Below are positions 22,074 to 32,051 of a stretch of 64,000 nucleotides of DNA, in pieces. Every line of letters begins with the position of its first letter. Positions within the stretch are counted from its first letter, which is position 1. Origin of the DNA: an uncultured Chloroflexia bacterium. Its GTDB lineage: Bacteria > Chloroflexota > Limnocylindria > QHBO01. Position numbers and translations under genes: made by a program. The stretch covers positions 32,001-96,000 of the forward strand of contig CAWFCQ010000007.1 in the NCBI GenBank assembly GCA_963814375.1. Direction: 5' to 3'. The notes below the pieces were generated by a model, which saw nothing but the letters and a program-made list of their open reading frames with translations, ran no database searches and was not told the origin of the DNA.

Positions 22074-22954
22074 GTGGGGCGCGCGAGGTCGTCCTGCGCA
22101 GCGACGTCCTCGAGGTCGTCCTGCTCCCGGAGCTGGGAGCGAGGATCCATCGGATCCGTGCCTTCGGCGAGGACCTTCTCCGCACCCCGGCCGATCGGGC
22201 GGCGCATCGGGACGAGCCGTTCTTCTGGGGCGCGTACCACATGGCGCCGTGGTGCAACCGCGCGGCGGCCGGTCCATCGACGATCGCCGGGCGAACGGTG
22301 CGGCTCGACGCGAACTTCGCCGACGGCTCGGCGATCCACGGGCTCGTGTCGAGCTCGCCGTGGGAGGAGCGCGATGACGGCTCGCTCGCCATCCGAATCG
22401 GCGGCCACGAAGGCGGCTGGCCGTGGCAGCACGAGGTCTCGCTCGCGCCGGCGGTCGACGCGGAGACCCTGACGCTGGACTACCGGGTCCGAAACCTCTC
22501 GGACGCACCGATGCCGGCGGGGATCGGCTTCCACCCGTGGTTCCGGCGTCCGGTCGAGCTGCGGCTGCCGGCGGCGTTCGGTCTATGCGAGCAACGACGG
22601 ATCTTCGGGCGAGCCGCGGCCGGTCGATGGTCCGCTCGACCTCCGCCGTCGAACGATGCCCGCCCACGGCATCGACGCGACGTGGACCGATCTCAGCCCC
22701 GCGCGAGTCGACCTGTGGTGGCCGGAGGTCGAGCTGAGCGCGAGCAATCGAGATCGAGTCGGACGCGGAAGCGGCGTGCGTGGCGGTCGCGGCCCCGGAT
22801 TCCATCGATGCCGTCGCCGTCGAGCCGCAGACCCACGGTCCGGATCCGATGCGCCGCCTGGCATACGGCGAGCCGGACGCGCCTCGCCTGCTCCCGCCCG
22901 GCGACGACCTTCGGTTCCGAGTCCGGCTCAGCGGTGACTCAGGGAGCCGTGTAG
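22070..22954 (+). CDS. Aldose 1-epimerase family protein, frameshifts; end approximate
   Basis: APWCNR, AIHG, MPAGIGFHPWF, VAVEPQT. Confidence 0.8.
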   Translation: MSGAREVVLRSDVLEVVLLPELGARIHRIRAFGEDLLRTPADRAAHRDEPFFWGAYHMAPWCNRAAAGPSTIAGRTVRLDANFADGSAIHGLVSSSPWEERDDGSLAIRIGGHEGGWPWQHEVSLAPAVDAETLTLDYRVRNLSDAPMPAGIGFHPWFRRPVELRLPAAFGLCEQRRIFGRAAAGRWSARPPPSNDARPRHRRDVDRSQPRASRPVVAGGRAEREQSRSSRTRKRRAWRSRPRIPSMPSPSSRRPTVRIRCAAWHTASRTRLACSRPATTFGSESGSAVTQGAV

Positions 22955-23737
22955 GCGATCGTCTCGCTACGGGCGACGACGAAGCTGCCGAGCGTCGTGT
23001 CGCGCACCGCCTCGATCCGCAGCTCGTGGGCGCCGGGTCGCAGCGCATCGGTCGCGAACGCGGCGGTGGCCTGGCCGTTGATGACGTTGAGGACCGTGGT
23101 GCCGTCGAGGAGGTGATAGGCGGTGAAGCAACCGGAGAAGCCGCGGTACGCCGACCAGGCGACGTGGGTCATGCCGTCGGCATCGGTGCTCACGGTCGAG
23201 CTCTCCGAGGCTCGCGACCTCACTGAGCCGGGCAGATCGAACCGGCGACGCGCTCACCACCGCTCCCGCCGCGTCGTAGGCCATGACGCGGTAGTTCCAC
23301 AGCGTCTCGGACGGGATGATGCTCGCGTCCACCGCCGAGGTTACGAATCGGTCCGTCGCGAACGTGTCGCCCCAGTCGACGGCCGGGGCGATCGGCGGAT
23401 AGTCAGGAGCGATCGCCCGGCGAGGGCTGCGGAGCGCGATGTAGTGGTCGAAGCTCGGATGCGTGCTGGGCGACCACTCGAGCACGACCCCACCCTCGCA
23501 GCCGATGGCCCGCAGGTCGAGTGCGCCTACGTCCGGGCTCGGCGTTGGAGCCGCGGTGGGCTCCGGGGTCGCGGTTCCGAGCGACGGACTGGCGCCGGGC
23601 GTCTGCGAGCTCGCCGTCGGGCTGGGATCAGGCCCGAACCGGGTCGGCGAGGCCTCCGTCTCCGACGGCGCGCGGATCGTGCAGGCGACCGAGAGCGCGC
23701 CGACGACCACGAGGACGAGGGGGCGGCGCGCGCGCAT
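22939..23737 (-). CDS. Hypothetical lipoprotein, frameshift ~23200
   Basis: Lipobox SVAC, Pro/Thr linker, beta-rich domains. Confidence 0.6.
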
Positions 23738-23790
23738 CGGCGGACCGTAGCACGGCCGAGCGGCGCGGATCGGACCGCTAGACTCCGGCG

Positions 23791-24390
23791 GTGATCTCGT
23801 CCCTGGCGCCGCTCGACGTCATCCTGGTGAGGCACGCCGAGTCCGTACCGGTCGGCACCGCCGGCGTCGAGGACGACGATCGCCCACTCACCGATGCCGG
23901 CACGGCCGACGCCCGCGAGCTGGCCGATGAGCTCGAGGCGTACGAGATCACCGCGATCTACAGCTCGCCCTACGCCCGGTCGGTGGCGACCGTCACGCCA
24001 CTGGCAGAGCGGCGCCGCCTGCCGGTCCAGGTGATCGAGGATCTCCGTGAGCGCCGCCTCTCTCCGGCTTCGCTCGACGATTGGCGATCCACGCTCGAGC
24101 GAGCCTGGGCGGATGCCGACTTCGTCAGCCCCGGTGGGGAGTCCGGTCGGGCCGCCCAGCGCCGGGCAATGGCGACGCTGGACCTTCTTCGCTCACGGCA
24201 CCCTGACGGCGGGCGGCTGGTGATCGGCAGCCACGGCAACCTCATCAGCCTCATGCTCAACGCCCTCGAGCCGGGGGTCGACTTCGAGTTCCACATGGCC
24301 ATGCCCACCCCGGCGGTCTATCGGCTCATCCACGACGGCCTGCGCTGGAGGATCATGGGCGGCCACGGCTTCACGCCCGTCGATCTATGA
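23791..24390 (+). CDS. Histidine phosphatase family protein
   Basis: LVRHAES, SSPYAR, GESG, SHGN. Confidence 0.9.
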   Translation: MISSLAPLDVILVRHAESVPVGTAGVEDDDRPLTDAGTADARELADELEAYEITAIYSSPYARSVATVTPLAERRRLPVQVIEDLRERRLSPASLDDWRSTLERAWADADFVSPGGESGRAAQRRAMATLDLLRSRHPDGGRLVIGSHGNLISLMLNALEPGVDFEFHMAMPTPAVYRLIHDGLRWRIMGGHGFTPVDL

Positions 24391-25521
24391 GTCGCGCACC
24401 ACGAAGTCTTCGAACGTCTCGCGGCGCCGGCTGAGCCGCAGCTCCCCTTCCTCGATCACGGCCTGCGCCGGCCGCAGCCGACCGTTGTAGCTCGAGGCCA
24501 TCGCCGCGCCATAGGCGCCGGCCGACCCGATCGCCAGCAGGGCACTTACGCCCGCCATCGGGCCAAGGTCGACGTCGCGGGCCAGCAGGTCTCCCGCTTC
24601 GCAGATCGGCCCGGCGAGGGTCCACCGCTCGACGTCCGTCGGCAGCGGACCACCCGGTGCGAGAACGCTGACCGGATGCTCCGCGCCATAGAGCATCGGC
24701 CGGATCAGCTCGGTCATGCCCGCGTCGACGACGAGGTGGCCGCGGGCCTGGATACGGACGACGCGCGTGACCAGCCATCCGGCATCGCCGACGATGCTGC
24801 GTCCGGGCTCGACGATCAGCAGCCCAGGCTCCGGGAGCGCCGATCCGATCGCGGCGGCATAGCCTTCCGGCGCGCCGATCCAGCCGCCGCCGAGGTCCAC
24901 GCGCTGGGCGCCGGCCTCGGAAGCGAGACGCGCGAGCAGCTCGGCGAGTCGCCGGAAGGCGTCGAGATCCGCGATCTCCGAGCCGATGTGCGCGCCGATC
25001 GACTCGAGCTTCCCGCCGGCAACGCGGATGCGGCGCAGCGCCTCGCTCAGCTCGTCGAGCGAGATCCCGAACTTCGACCCGGCCGCCCCGGTGGCGAGGT
25101 GTGGATGCGTCTGCGCATCGAGCGCTGGGTTGATCCGGAGGCCGATGCGTGCCGCTCCGACCTCGAGCAGCGTGTCGAGAGCGCCAAGGGTCTCGGCGTT
25201 GACGAGCGCACCGGTGTCGGCGGCCGCGGCCAGGTCGGGATCGGTCTGTCCCACGCCGTTGACGACGATCCGCTCCGGTGGACATCCGGCGCGAAGGGCC
25301 AGCGCGAGCTCGACCGGACCGACCACCTCGAATCCACACCCATCACGCCGCGAGCCGTCGGAGGAGCGCCGGATCAGGGTTTGCCTTGACGGCGTAGGCG
25401 ACGAGGGCGCCAGGCAGTGCCGCGCGCCAAGCCGCGGCCCGATCCGCAGCAGCGTCGAGGTCGGTCACGTAGAGAGGCGTCCCCCACCGCGACGCCGCCT
25501 CGCGCATGAGTTCGGGGTCAC
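24385..25521 (-). CDS. lysA: Diaminopimelate decarboxylase, frameshift ~25340
   Basis: GTPLYV, YAVKAN, SKFG, HIGS, DLGGG, EPGR, GPICEAGD, GAYG...MASSYN. Confidence 0.85.
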
Positions 25522-25726
25522 TCCTCTGGCGCAGGCAGCTCCTCCCATTCCGTCGACGAAGAAGTCGACACACCGCACGCGGGCAGACGTAGACGTCGAA
25601 GTGCTCTTTGTTGACGAAGCTCTCCGAGGTCGCCAGTGCACCCCAGCGAGTGCCGTGGTGGAAGTCCCGCGTCCCGGCGTATTCGAGCGGGATGCGGCAG
25701 CGAGCGCAGGCGAGTTCGTCGGTCAT
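25518..25726 (-). CDS. Small putative zinc-ribbon protein, frameshifted
   Basis: CARC...VYVCPR; stop overlaps lysA start. Confidence 0.55.
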
Positions 25727-25952
25727 GGGGCCCTATTGTGGACTGATGAAGCTCCGACCATCCGTCTCTCGGATGTAACCTTCTAAGCCCACCGGCAGCA
25801 TCGCGTCGTCGCCGGTAGTGCCAGCGTGACCGATGAGTTTCGGGCCACCGCGGCAGTCAAGTAGGCATCGGGCAGTCGAGACGCGCAAGCCCAAGTGATC
25901 AGGCGCCGCCGACAGCGTGGCCTGCACCATCCGCCAGAAGGAGCGACAACTG

Positions 25953-26318
25953 ATGCAGTTCTTCTTGACCGTGCCCCACGACTCGGCCGAGGAGCCGACC
26001 ATGGCGTCGATGGACCCGGCCGAACTAGAGGCCGCGCTGGCCGCCGTGGAGGAGTTCAATGCCGACCTACACAAGTCCGGGGCGTTTCGCTTCGCCGGGG
26101 GCCTGCACCCGCCGTCGTCGGCCAAGACCGTCGACGCCAGCGGCGGCGAGCCCGTGGTGGTCGACGGACCGTTCGTTGAGGCGCCGGAGTACGTGGGCGG
26201 CTTCTGGGTGATCGAGGCCGCTGACCAAGATGCCGCTGTCCGGTGGGCGACGAAGGCGTCGAAGGCACTGGGTGGCCGCATCGAGGTGCGCGCCTTTCAG
26301 GAGCCACAGGACGCCTGA
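25953..26318 (+). CDS. YciI family protein
   Basis: AAGGAG RBS; GGLHPPSSA, DGPFVEAPEYVGGFWVI, IEVR. Confidence 0.9.
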   Translation: MQFFLTVPHDSAEEPTMASMDPAELEAALAAVEEFNADLHKSGAFRFAGGLHPPSSAKTVDASGGEPVVVDGPFVEAPEYVGGFWVIEAADQDAAVRWATKASKALGGRIEVRAFQEPQDA

Positions 26319-26391
26319 TCGACCGGAGATCGCCGGCAGCCCTTCGCGCCGGGTTCGGCACCGAGGCGTCGCGCGACCACGATTGACGCAC

Positions 26392-27258
26392 TCAGGCCAG
26401 GCGCCAGTGGAGCGGTGACTCCTCCTCCTGCGCGCCGCAGCTGATCGGACGCGCCGGCTCGGCCGGCTCGGCTCGCAGGTCGATCGGGTGGGTCATGCCG
26501 TCCCGCGTGCGGAGGGTGACCTTGGCGCGGTCGGCCTTCGTCTCCACGGACACGAGGCTAACGTCGTCGATCCGGACCAGGCCGGCGCGCTCGCGCAGCG
26601 TCTGCTCGGCGACCTGCGCGGGAGCCGGCCATGCCGAGCGCCCGCGCAACCGGGCAACGTCGAGAGTGCCGTCGAGGTAGGCATCCGCGAGCCGTGGGCC
26701 GTCGTCGGCGGTGACGCGTCCGTACACGATGCCGTCCGGCAGGCACACGAGGTTGCCCGCGAACCGATGGCCGCCGAGGTGGGTGCACTCCCAGACCCGC
26801 TCGGCGTGCTCGGCCGCCAACGCGGCGACGAGCGCGCGTCCGCGCAGGGCGCAGCAGGCGTCGCGCTTGCCATTCGTGCAGACCAGGAAGATCGGGTCGC
26901 GAAGCGGCGCACCGAACTCGGCAAGCGCACCTTCGCCGACCGATGCGATCGAGAGCTCGGCCGGGTCGGTGATGCTGCGGATCGCCATCTCGCCTCGCTC
27001 GGTGTCGACCAGGATCGCGCGCCGCACCGCATCGGCTGCCGGATCGCCCTCCCTCCGCCGAACGAGCAGGAGGCGCATCCCGAGCCGCTTCGCCGCGGCC
27101 GCGGCATCGGCGCCGAAGACGTCCTCGACGGCGTGGCTGCCCCAGGCGGATCGGTCCTCGAGCAGCAGCCACCGGCGTCGCTGGTCGACCGTCCCGATCA
27201 TGGGCTCGGCCAGCTGCTCGGCCAGCGCCGAGCAGCGCATCGGCGTCGCGAGGGTCAT
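26392..27258 (-). CDS. Sucrase/ferredoxin-like protein
   Basis: CTNGKRDACC, WECTHLGGHRFA, YGRV, RGRS. Confidence 0.9.
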   Translation of the reverse strand: MTLATPMRCSALAEQLAEPMIGTVDQRRRWLLLEDRSAWGSHAVEDVFGADAAAAAKRLGMRLLLVRRREGDPAADAVRRAILVDTERGEMAIRSITDPAELSIASVGEGALAEFGAPLRDPIFLVCTNGKRDACCALRGRALVAALAAEHAERVWECTHLGGHRFAGNLVCLPDGIVYGRVTADDGPRLADAYLDGTLDVARLRGRSAWPAPAQVAEQTLRERAGLVRIDDVSLVSVETKADRAKVTLRTRDGMTHPIDLRAEPAEPARPISCGAQEEESPLHWRLA

Positions 27259-28565
27259 TCGGCCTGTGCCGGGATCTCGCGAAGGGTGCGAACGGGTGAG
27301 AAGAGGACCGGCAGGAAGGCGGTCAGGGCGCCGATGGCCGACACCCACAGCGCCGCGTGGAGGCCGACGACGGTCCCGAGCAGGCCGCCGAGCACCGCGC
27401 CGATCGGGATGGTGCCCCACACGATGAGGCGCATCGTGGCGTTCATGCGCCCGAGCATACGGTCCGGCGTGATCGCCTGCCGCAGCCCGACCTGGTTGAC
27501 GTTGTACGCGACCGTCGTGAACCCGCCGATGATCCCGCCGATCACGAGGAACCAGAAGGGATCGTCCTGCGGTGCGAGCGGAACGAACAGCAGCGCAACC
27601 CCCGAGAACGCCGCGGTGACGATGATGGTCGGGCCGATGCCGATCGCCTTCGCCAGGCGGCCGCCGGTCAGCGCGCCGAGCAGCACGCCGATGTTGCCAA
27701 GCGCGAAGATGAGGCCGAGCATGCCGGCGCTGAGCTCGAGCTCCTCGACGGCATAGAGGATCAGGATCACCCCGCCGATGTTCCCGAACAGGTTCGCCGT
27801 CCCGGTGCAGGCGGCGATGCTGCGCAGGTACCTGTTCGAGAGAACGTAGCCGAGCCCGGCGCGAGCCTCCTGCCACATGCTCGGCCGCTCGCCCTGGGCC
27901 GGATCATGCGGCTCCGGACCGGCCTCGTTCCGCCGGATGAGCCCGACGAACAGCGCTGCCCCGAGATAGCTGATGGCGTCGAAGAAGATCGCCAGCGGCG
28001 CGCGAACAAGCTCGATCAGCACGCCCGCGATGGTCGGGCCCAGGACCGAGGAGGCGGCGCGTGACAGCTCGAGCTTCGAGTTGCCCTCCACCAGCTCGTC
28101 GCGCTCGACGACGCTGGGCAGATAGGACTGGTAGGCAACGTCGAAGAACACCTCGAGCGTGCCGGCCACGAAGGCCACGATGTAGACCTGCCAGATGGTG
28201 AGCGCGCCCAGCACGAAGGCGATCGGGATCGAAACCAGCAGTGCCGCGCGCGCGATATCGGCGCCGATGAGGATCGGACGGCGACGCATGCGATCGACCC
28301 ACACCCCGGCCGGCAGGGTGAAGAGGATCCACGGCAGGAACCGCACGACGCCGAGCACGCCGAACTCGACCGCGCCCGCCCCGAGCACACTGATGGCGAG
28401 GAGCGGGATGGCGAGCTCGGTGATCTCGTCGCCGAACTGGCTGATGGTCTGCCCGGTCCAGAGCTTCATGAAGTCGCCCTGGCGCCACAGGCTCGGCCGA
28501 TGCGGGACGGTGGCGGCCACTTCGCTCAGGGACGGGTCTCCGGTCGGATTGCGCTCGAGGGACAT
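27255..28565 (-). CDS. MFS transporter
   Basis: LWTGQTISQFGD, GVWVDRMRRR, multiple TM helices. Confidence 0.9.
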   Translation of the reverse strand: MSLERNPTGDPSLSEVAATVPHRPSLWRQGDFMKLWTGQTISQFGDEITELAIPLLAISVLGAGAVEFGVLGVVRFLPWILFTLPAGVWVDRMRRRPILIGADIARAALLVSIPIAFVLGALTIWQVYIVAFVAGTLEVFFDVAYQSYLPSVVERDELVEGNSKLELSRAASSVLGPTIAGVLIELVRAPLAIFFDAISYLGAALFVGLIRRNEAGPEPHDPAQGERPSMWQEARAGLGYVLSNRYLRSIAACTGTANLFGNIGGVILILYAVEELELSAGMLGLIFALGNIGVLLGALTGGRLAKAIGIGPTIIVTAAFSGVALLFVPLAPQDDPFWFLVIGGIIGGFTTVAYNVNQVGLRQAITPDRMLGRMNATMRLIVWGTIPIGAVLGGLLGTVVGLHAALWVSAIGALTAFLPVLFSPVRTLREIPAQAE

Positions 28566-29153
28566 CTAGGAGCCCTCCGGCTTTCCGGCCCAGTCAGGCA
28601 CGTAGACGGCGCCGACGAATCCGAAGGCCTCGCCCTTCCCGGGCGCCCCGTCCGCGAACTCGGCGGCGAGGGCATTGACCATCTCGGCGAACCGCTTGGC
28701 GCGGGCGGCCGGCATCCGGGCGCGGACGACGATCGACATCGACGGGTCGTCGCCTCCGGCGGACGGGCGCGCCTCGCCGATCGCCTGGCGCAGCGGCAGG
28801 GTGCCGAGCTCGGGATGCTCGCCCGCCAGCTCGCTCTCGCTCTCCGGCAACCGAAACTGGCCAGCGACGCGCACGTAGCGCTTCTCGACCACGCCGCGGA
28901 TGCGGTGCCGCTCGGCGATCCGGATCAGGCCGGCGTCGGCCAGCACCCGCACGTGGTGCCCGATCGTGCCCTTCGCAGCGCCCAGCGACCGGGCCAGCTC
29001 CTGGATGCTGGCGGGACCGTCGAGGAGGCGTCCCAGAATGCGCCAACGGGTCGGATCGCCGAGCGCGTGAAGCTGATCCGGGCGGTCGATGGTGAAGTAG
29101 TCGGCCATCGGGCCGGAGGCACTATGGTCGGGATCTGCTGATTGGTCGGCCAT
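28566..29153 (-). CDS. ArsR-like winged-helix regulator
   Basis: ALGDPTRWRIL, HHVRVLADAGLI, RGVVEKRY. Confidence 0.85.
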   Translation of the reverse strand: MADQSADPDHSASGPMADYFTIDRPDQLHALGDPTRWRILGRLLDGPASIQELARSLGAAKGTIGHHVRVLADAGLIRIAERHRIRGVVEKRYVRVAGQFRLPESESELAGEHPELGTLPLRQAIGEARPSAGGDDPSMSIVVRARMPAARAKRFAEMVNALAAEFADGAPGKGEAFGFVGAVYVPDWAGKPEGS

Positions 29154-29176
29154 TGCCGACCATTACATCACGCCCG

Positions 29177-29833
29177 TCAATTCCCGCGCACCACCGCCAT
29201 CGTCAGCCCGTCCCCGATGGGCAGGATGGTGTGATCGACCCGCTCGTCGGTGGCGATCTTCTCGTTGAGCGCTCGGATCGCCGTCACCTGCTCGTCGTTC
29301 TGGGACGGGTCGGCGACTCTGCCGCTCCACAGGGTGTTGTCGATCATGATCAATCCACCCGGCCGGACGACGCGGAGGCAGCCCTCGTAGTACGCGTCGT
29401 AGCTCGGCTTGTCCGCGTCGATGAACGCGAGGTCGAAGCTGTCTTCGTCGAGCGAGGCAAGCGTCTCGGTGGCCGGCCCCAGGCGCAGCTCGATCCGGTC
29501 CGCGACGCCCGCATCGGCCCACGCCTTGCGCGCGAGGCTGGTCCACTCCTCGCTCACGTCGCAGCACAGCATCCGTCCGTCCGACGGCTGCGCCAGCGCC
29601 ATGGCGGTCGAGGAGTACCCGGTGAAGGTGCCGATCTCGAGGATCCGCTTCGCGCCGATGAGCCGGACGACGAGTCCCATGAACGCGCCCTGGTCCGGCC
29701 CGATCTGCATCCCGTGCTCGGGCAGCGGCGCGGTCTGCTCCCGGAGGCCGGCGAGGACCGGGTGCTCGCGCACGCCGTATCGGCGGACGTACTCGACGAG
29801 CTCGTCGGTCATGGGCAGGGTGCGATCAGCCAT
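29177..29833 (-). CDS. SAM-dependent O-methyltransferase (CCoAOMT-like)
   Basis: LEIGTFTGYS, FIDADK, DNTLWSG, GDG. Confidence 0.93.
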   Translation of the reverse strand: MADRTLPMTDELVEYVRRYGVREHPVLAGLREQTAPLPEHGMQIGPDQGAFMGLVVRLIGAKRILEIGTFTGYSSTAMALAQPSDGRMLCCDVSEEWTSLARKAWADAGVADRIELRLGPATETLASLDEDSFDLAFIDADKPSYDAYYEGCLRVVRPGGLIMIDNTLWSGRVADPSQNDEQVTAIRALNEKIATDERVDHTILPIGDGLTMAVVRGN

Positions 29834-29902
29834 TGATCGCCATCGTACGCCGGTGGGATATCGGGTGGGGCCGCATCCCACCCGATCCCGTGATGCGGAG
29901 GT

Positions 29903-30884
29903 TCAGCGGCTGAGGCGGCGCCTCCAGACGATCGCGATCGTCGTCGTCGAAATCAGCATGAGCGCGCCGAGGCCGATGACGAGGCCGGGCTGAGAGCTCG
30001 GAACCTCCGTGCTGGTGTCGGGCAGGCTCCCCCCATCTCCACCGGCGCCGGCCCCGCCCGCGGGTGTGGCGACCGGGGTGGCGGACGCGCCACCAGGCGG
30101 CACCGCGTGGGGATCGGAGTCGGGGTCGGGGTCGGGGTCGCCGCCGTCCCGGCAATGTCGAAGTCGAACGTCTCCGTCGTCGCCACCTCTCCATCTAGGG
30201 TGGTCAGCGACACGCCGTCGGCGTAGCTCGTGATCGCCGGATGGCACCGCCAGGTGCCGATTGCGATCTGAACGGCCGAAAATCGCCCAGTCGGGTATTC
30301 CGCTTTGAACTCCGCGAATGTGCAGGGATCCGCCATGGGGCAGAAGCCGTCCTCGATGTTGGTCTGCCAGACCACGGTCGCATCTCCGAGCGCGTGTCCT
30401 GCCAGACATTCGGCGTGACTGTCCCGTTTCTCCACGGGTCCACGACGAGCGTCGTGAAGACCGAAGTTCCGAGCTGGTAGCCGGAAAGACGCAGCGAGGC
30501 TGCTTCTTCATCCATGCCAGTTGCACCGGTCACGAACGTCCGCCAGCCACCGGCGGTCAGGTCGGAGAATGGGATGCCGAGCGGGAGGAAGGGGTGCGCC
30601 ACGCCGGCGAAGTCCGTATTCGCCGCCACGGTCATCGCGAGGCTGCCGAGCCCCAAGGTTCCCGGGCCAGGCCCTTCGACCAGCTCTGTGCTTCCGCCGG
30701 CGGTGTTATCCGGGCTCTGGATCCATCCCCCGCCCGGAATCGTCGTGACGACGACCGTGCCGCCTCCACCAAGCACGGCGGGCGCGAGTGCCGCGGCTGC
30801 CAACACGATGACGACTGCGAGCAGTGCCACAACGCGTACACGTGGGCGTGGCCTGGTCTGCGATCGAGGTGACTGGTCGGTCAT
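29903..30884 (-). CDS. Exported surface protein with C-terminal LPxT sorting-like signal, multiple frameshifts
   Basis: Signal peptide; Thr-Pro linker; LPDTS, then hydrophobic segment, then RRRLSR. Confidence 0.65.
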
Positions 30885-30898
30885 GACGTTCCCTTCGT

Positions 30899-31054
30899 CT
30901 ACAGATCGTGAGCGACGTTGTGACTGAGCCGCGGAGGCTGCGGCGCATGACGATTGCGCACCACCACGCCGTCGACGTGGGTCGTAACCTCGGGAAGCGC
31001 CGTGCCGAGCGCGACCTGGGCGGCGGTATGCGGTCGCGGTGACTGGTCGGGCAT
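30899..31054 (-). CDS. Possible 51-aa ORF whose 5' end duplicates that of the downstream gene
   Basis: MPDQSPRPHT vs MTDQSPRSQT; both preceded by AAGGG. Confidence 0.3.
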   Translation of the reverse strand: MPDQSPRPHTAAQVALGTALPEVTTHVDGVVVRNRHAPQPPRLSHNVAHDL

Positions 31055-31104
31055 GCCGACCCCTTTGCCGTACGGCTGGCGGTTATCATCCGTCCGTACG
31101 GTTC

Positions 31105-31134
31105 CATACACAAGCAGGCAGGCCCTTGCCTGCT
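31105..31134 (-). terminator. Probable terminator of the PIG-L operon
   Basis: AGCAGGCA-N6-TGCCTGCT then TGTGTAT on the minus strand. Confidence 0.5.
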
Positions 31135-31160
31135 GGAACCGGCGGTCGAGGGACCCGCCT

Positions 31161-32051
31161 TCAGGGGAGGAGCCACTCCTCGCGGTTGGAGGCGGGCACC
31201 TCGCCGCCATCGAGCCAGCGCAGGACGTAGAACTCGGTGCCGATCACCTGGTCTCCGAGGTCGTCCGGCAGCTCCAGCATCCAGCCGAAGTCCTGTCGCT
31301 GCGTCTTGTGACAGTCCATGCTGCGCCGCTTGGCATCGGCGAAGGCCGAGACATCGACGCGGGTCGTGACATCGGCGTCGGCGCGGCCGAACTCGAAGGC
31401 GTCGTCCTCCGCGCTCTCCACCGAGTCCGCGCCCGCTGGGGTGTCCTCCGCGTTCTCGTCGTCCATGCCCCACGGGAGGGCGATGCCTCGCTCCTTCATG
31501 GTTTCCATCATCTCGAGCCAACGCTCGCGGACAAAGGCGATCTCATAGAAGCGCGAGACCTCCCATTCCTCCCCGGCCGATGCGGTGTACGCCTCTCGGG
31601 CGATACGGGCCGCGTTGATGTGGTCCGGGTGGCCGTAGTTGCCGTTCTCGTCGTAGCTGACGATGGCCGACGGTCGCGCCTCGCGAACGACCTCGATCAG
31701 GCGGACCGTCGCCTCCTCCAGGTCGGACTGCCAGAACGAGTCGGGATGCTCGTTGGCATCCGTGCCGATCATGCCCGAGTCGCGATAGCCCAGGAGGTGC
31801 TGGTGGATGGCGCCGCCGCCGAGGGCATCCACCGAGCACGCGAGCTCGGCCGCGCGGATCTGCGCGAGTCGGGGACGCGCCTCGTCGTGATCGAGCGTCG
31901 GGTCGTGGATCTCCCCCTCGGCCCCGTCCGTGCACGTCACCAGGTCGACCCGCACACCCTCGGACACGAGGCGCGCGATGGTACCGCCGGTCCCCACCGA
32001 CTCGTCGTCAGGGTGGGCATGGACGAAAAGGACGCCGCCGTCAGGCTGCAC
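31161..32051 (-). CDS. PIG-L family deacetylase (MshB/Mca-like)
   Basis: HAHPDDE, YRDSGM, GNYGHPDH, HKTQ. Confidence 0.9.
   Translation of the reverse strand: MQPDGGVLFVHAHPDDESVGTGGTIARLVSEGVRVDLVTCTDGAEGEIHDPTLDHDEARPRLAQIRAAELACSVDALGGGAIHQHLLGYRDSGMIGTDANEHPDSFWQSDLEEATVRLIEVVREARPSAIVSYDENGNYGHPDHINAARIAREAYTASAGEEWEVSRFYEIAFVRERWLEMMETMKERGIALPWGMDDENAEDTPAGADSVESAEDDAFEFGRADADVTTRVDVSAFADAKRRSMDCHKTQRQDFGWMLELPDDLGDQVIGTEFYVLRWLDGGEVPASNREEWLLP

Noticed and set aside
25740-25790. Hammerhead ribozyme (CTGATGA plus hairpin)
   Set aside because: No GAAA core or closing stems.
30111-30140. (GGGGTC)n tandem repeat, and the APAPAP repeat near 48940-48980
   Set aside because: These encode ordinary Thr-Pro and Ala-Pro linkers.
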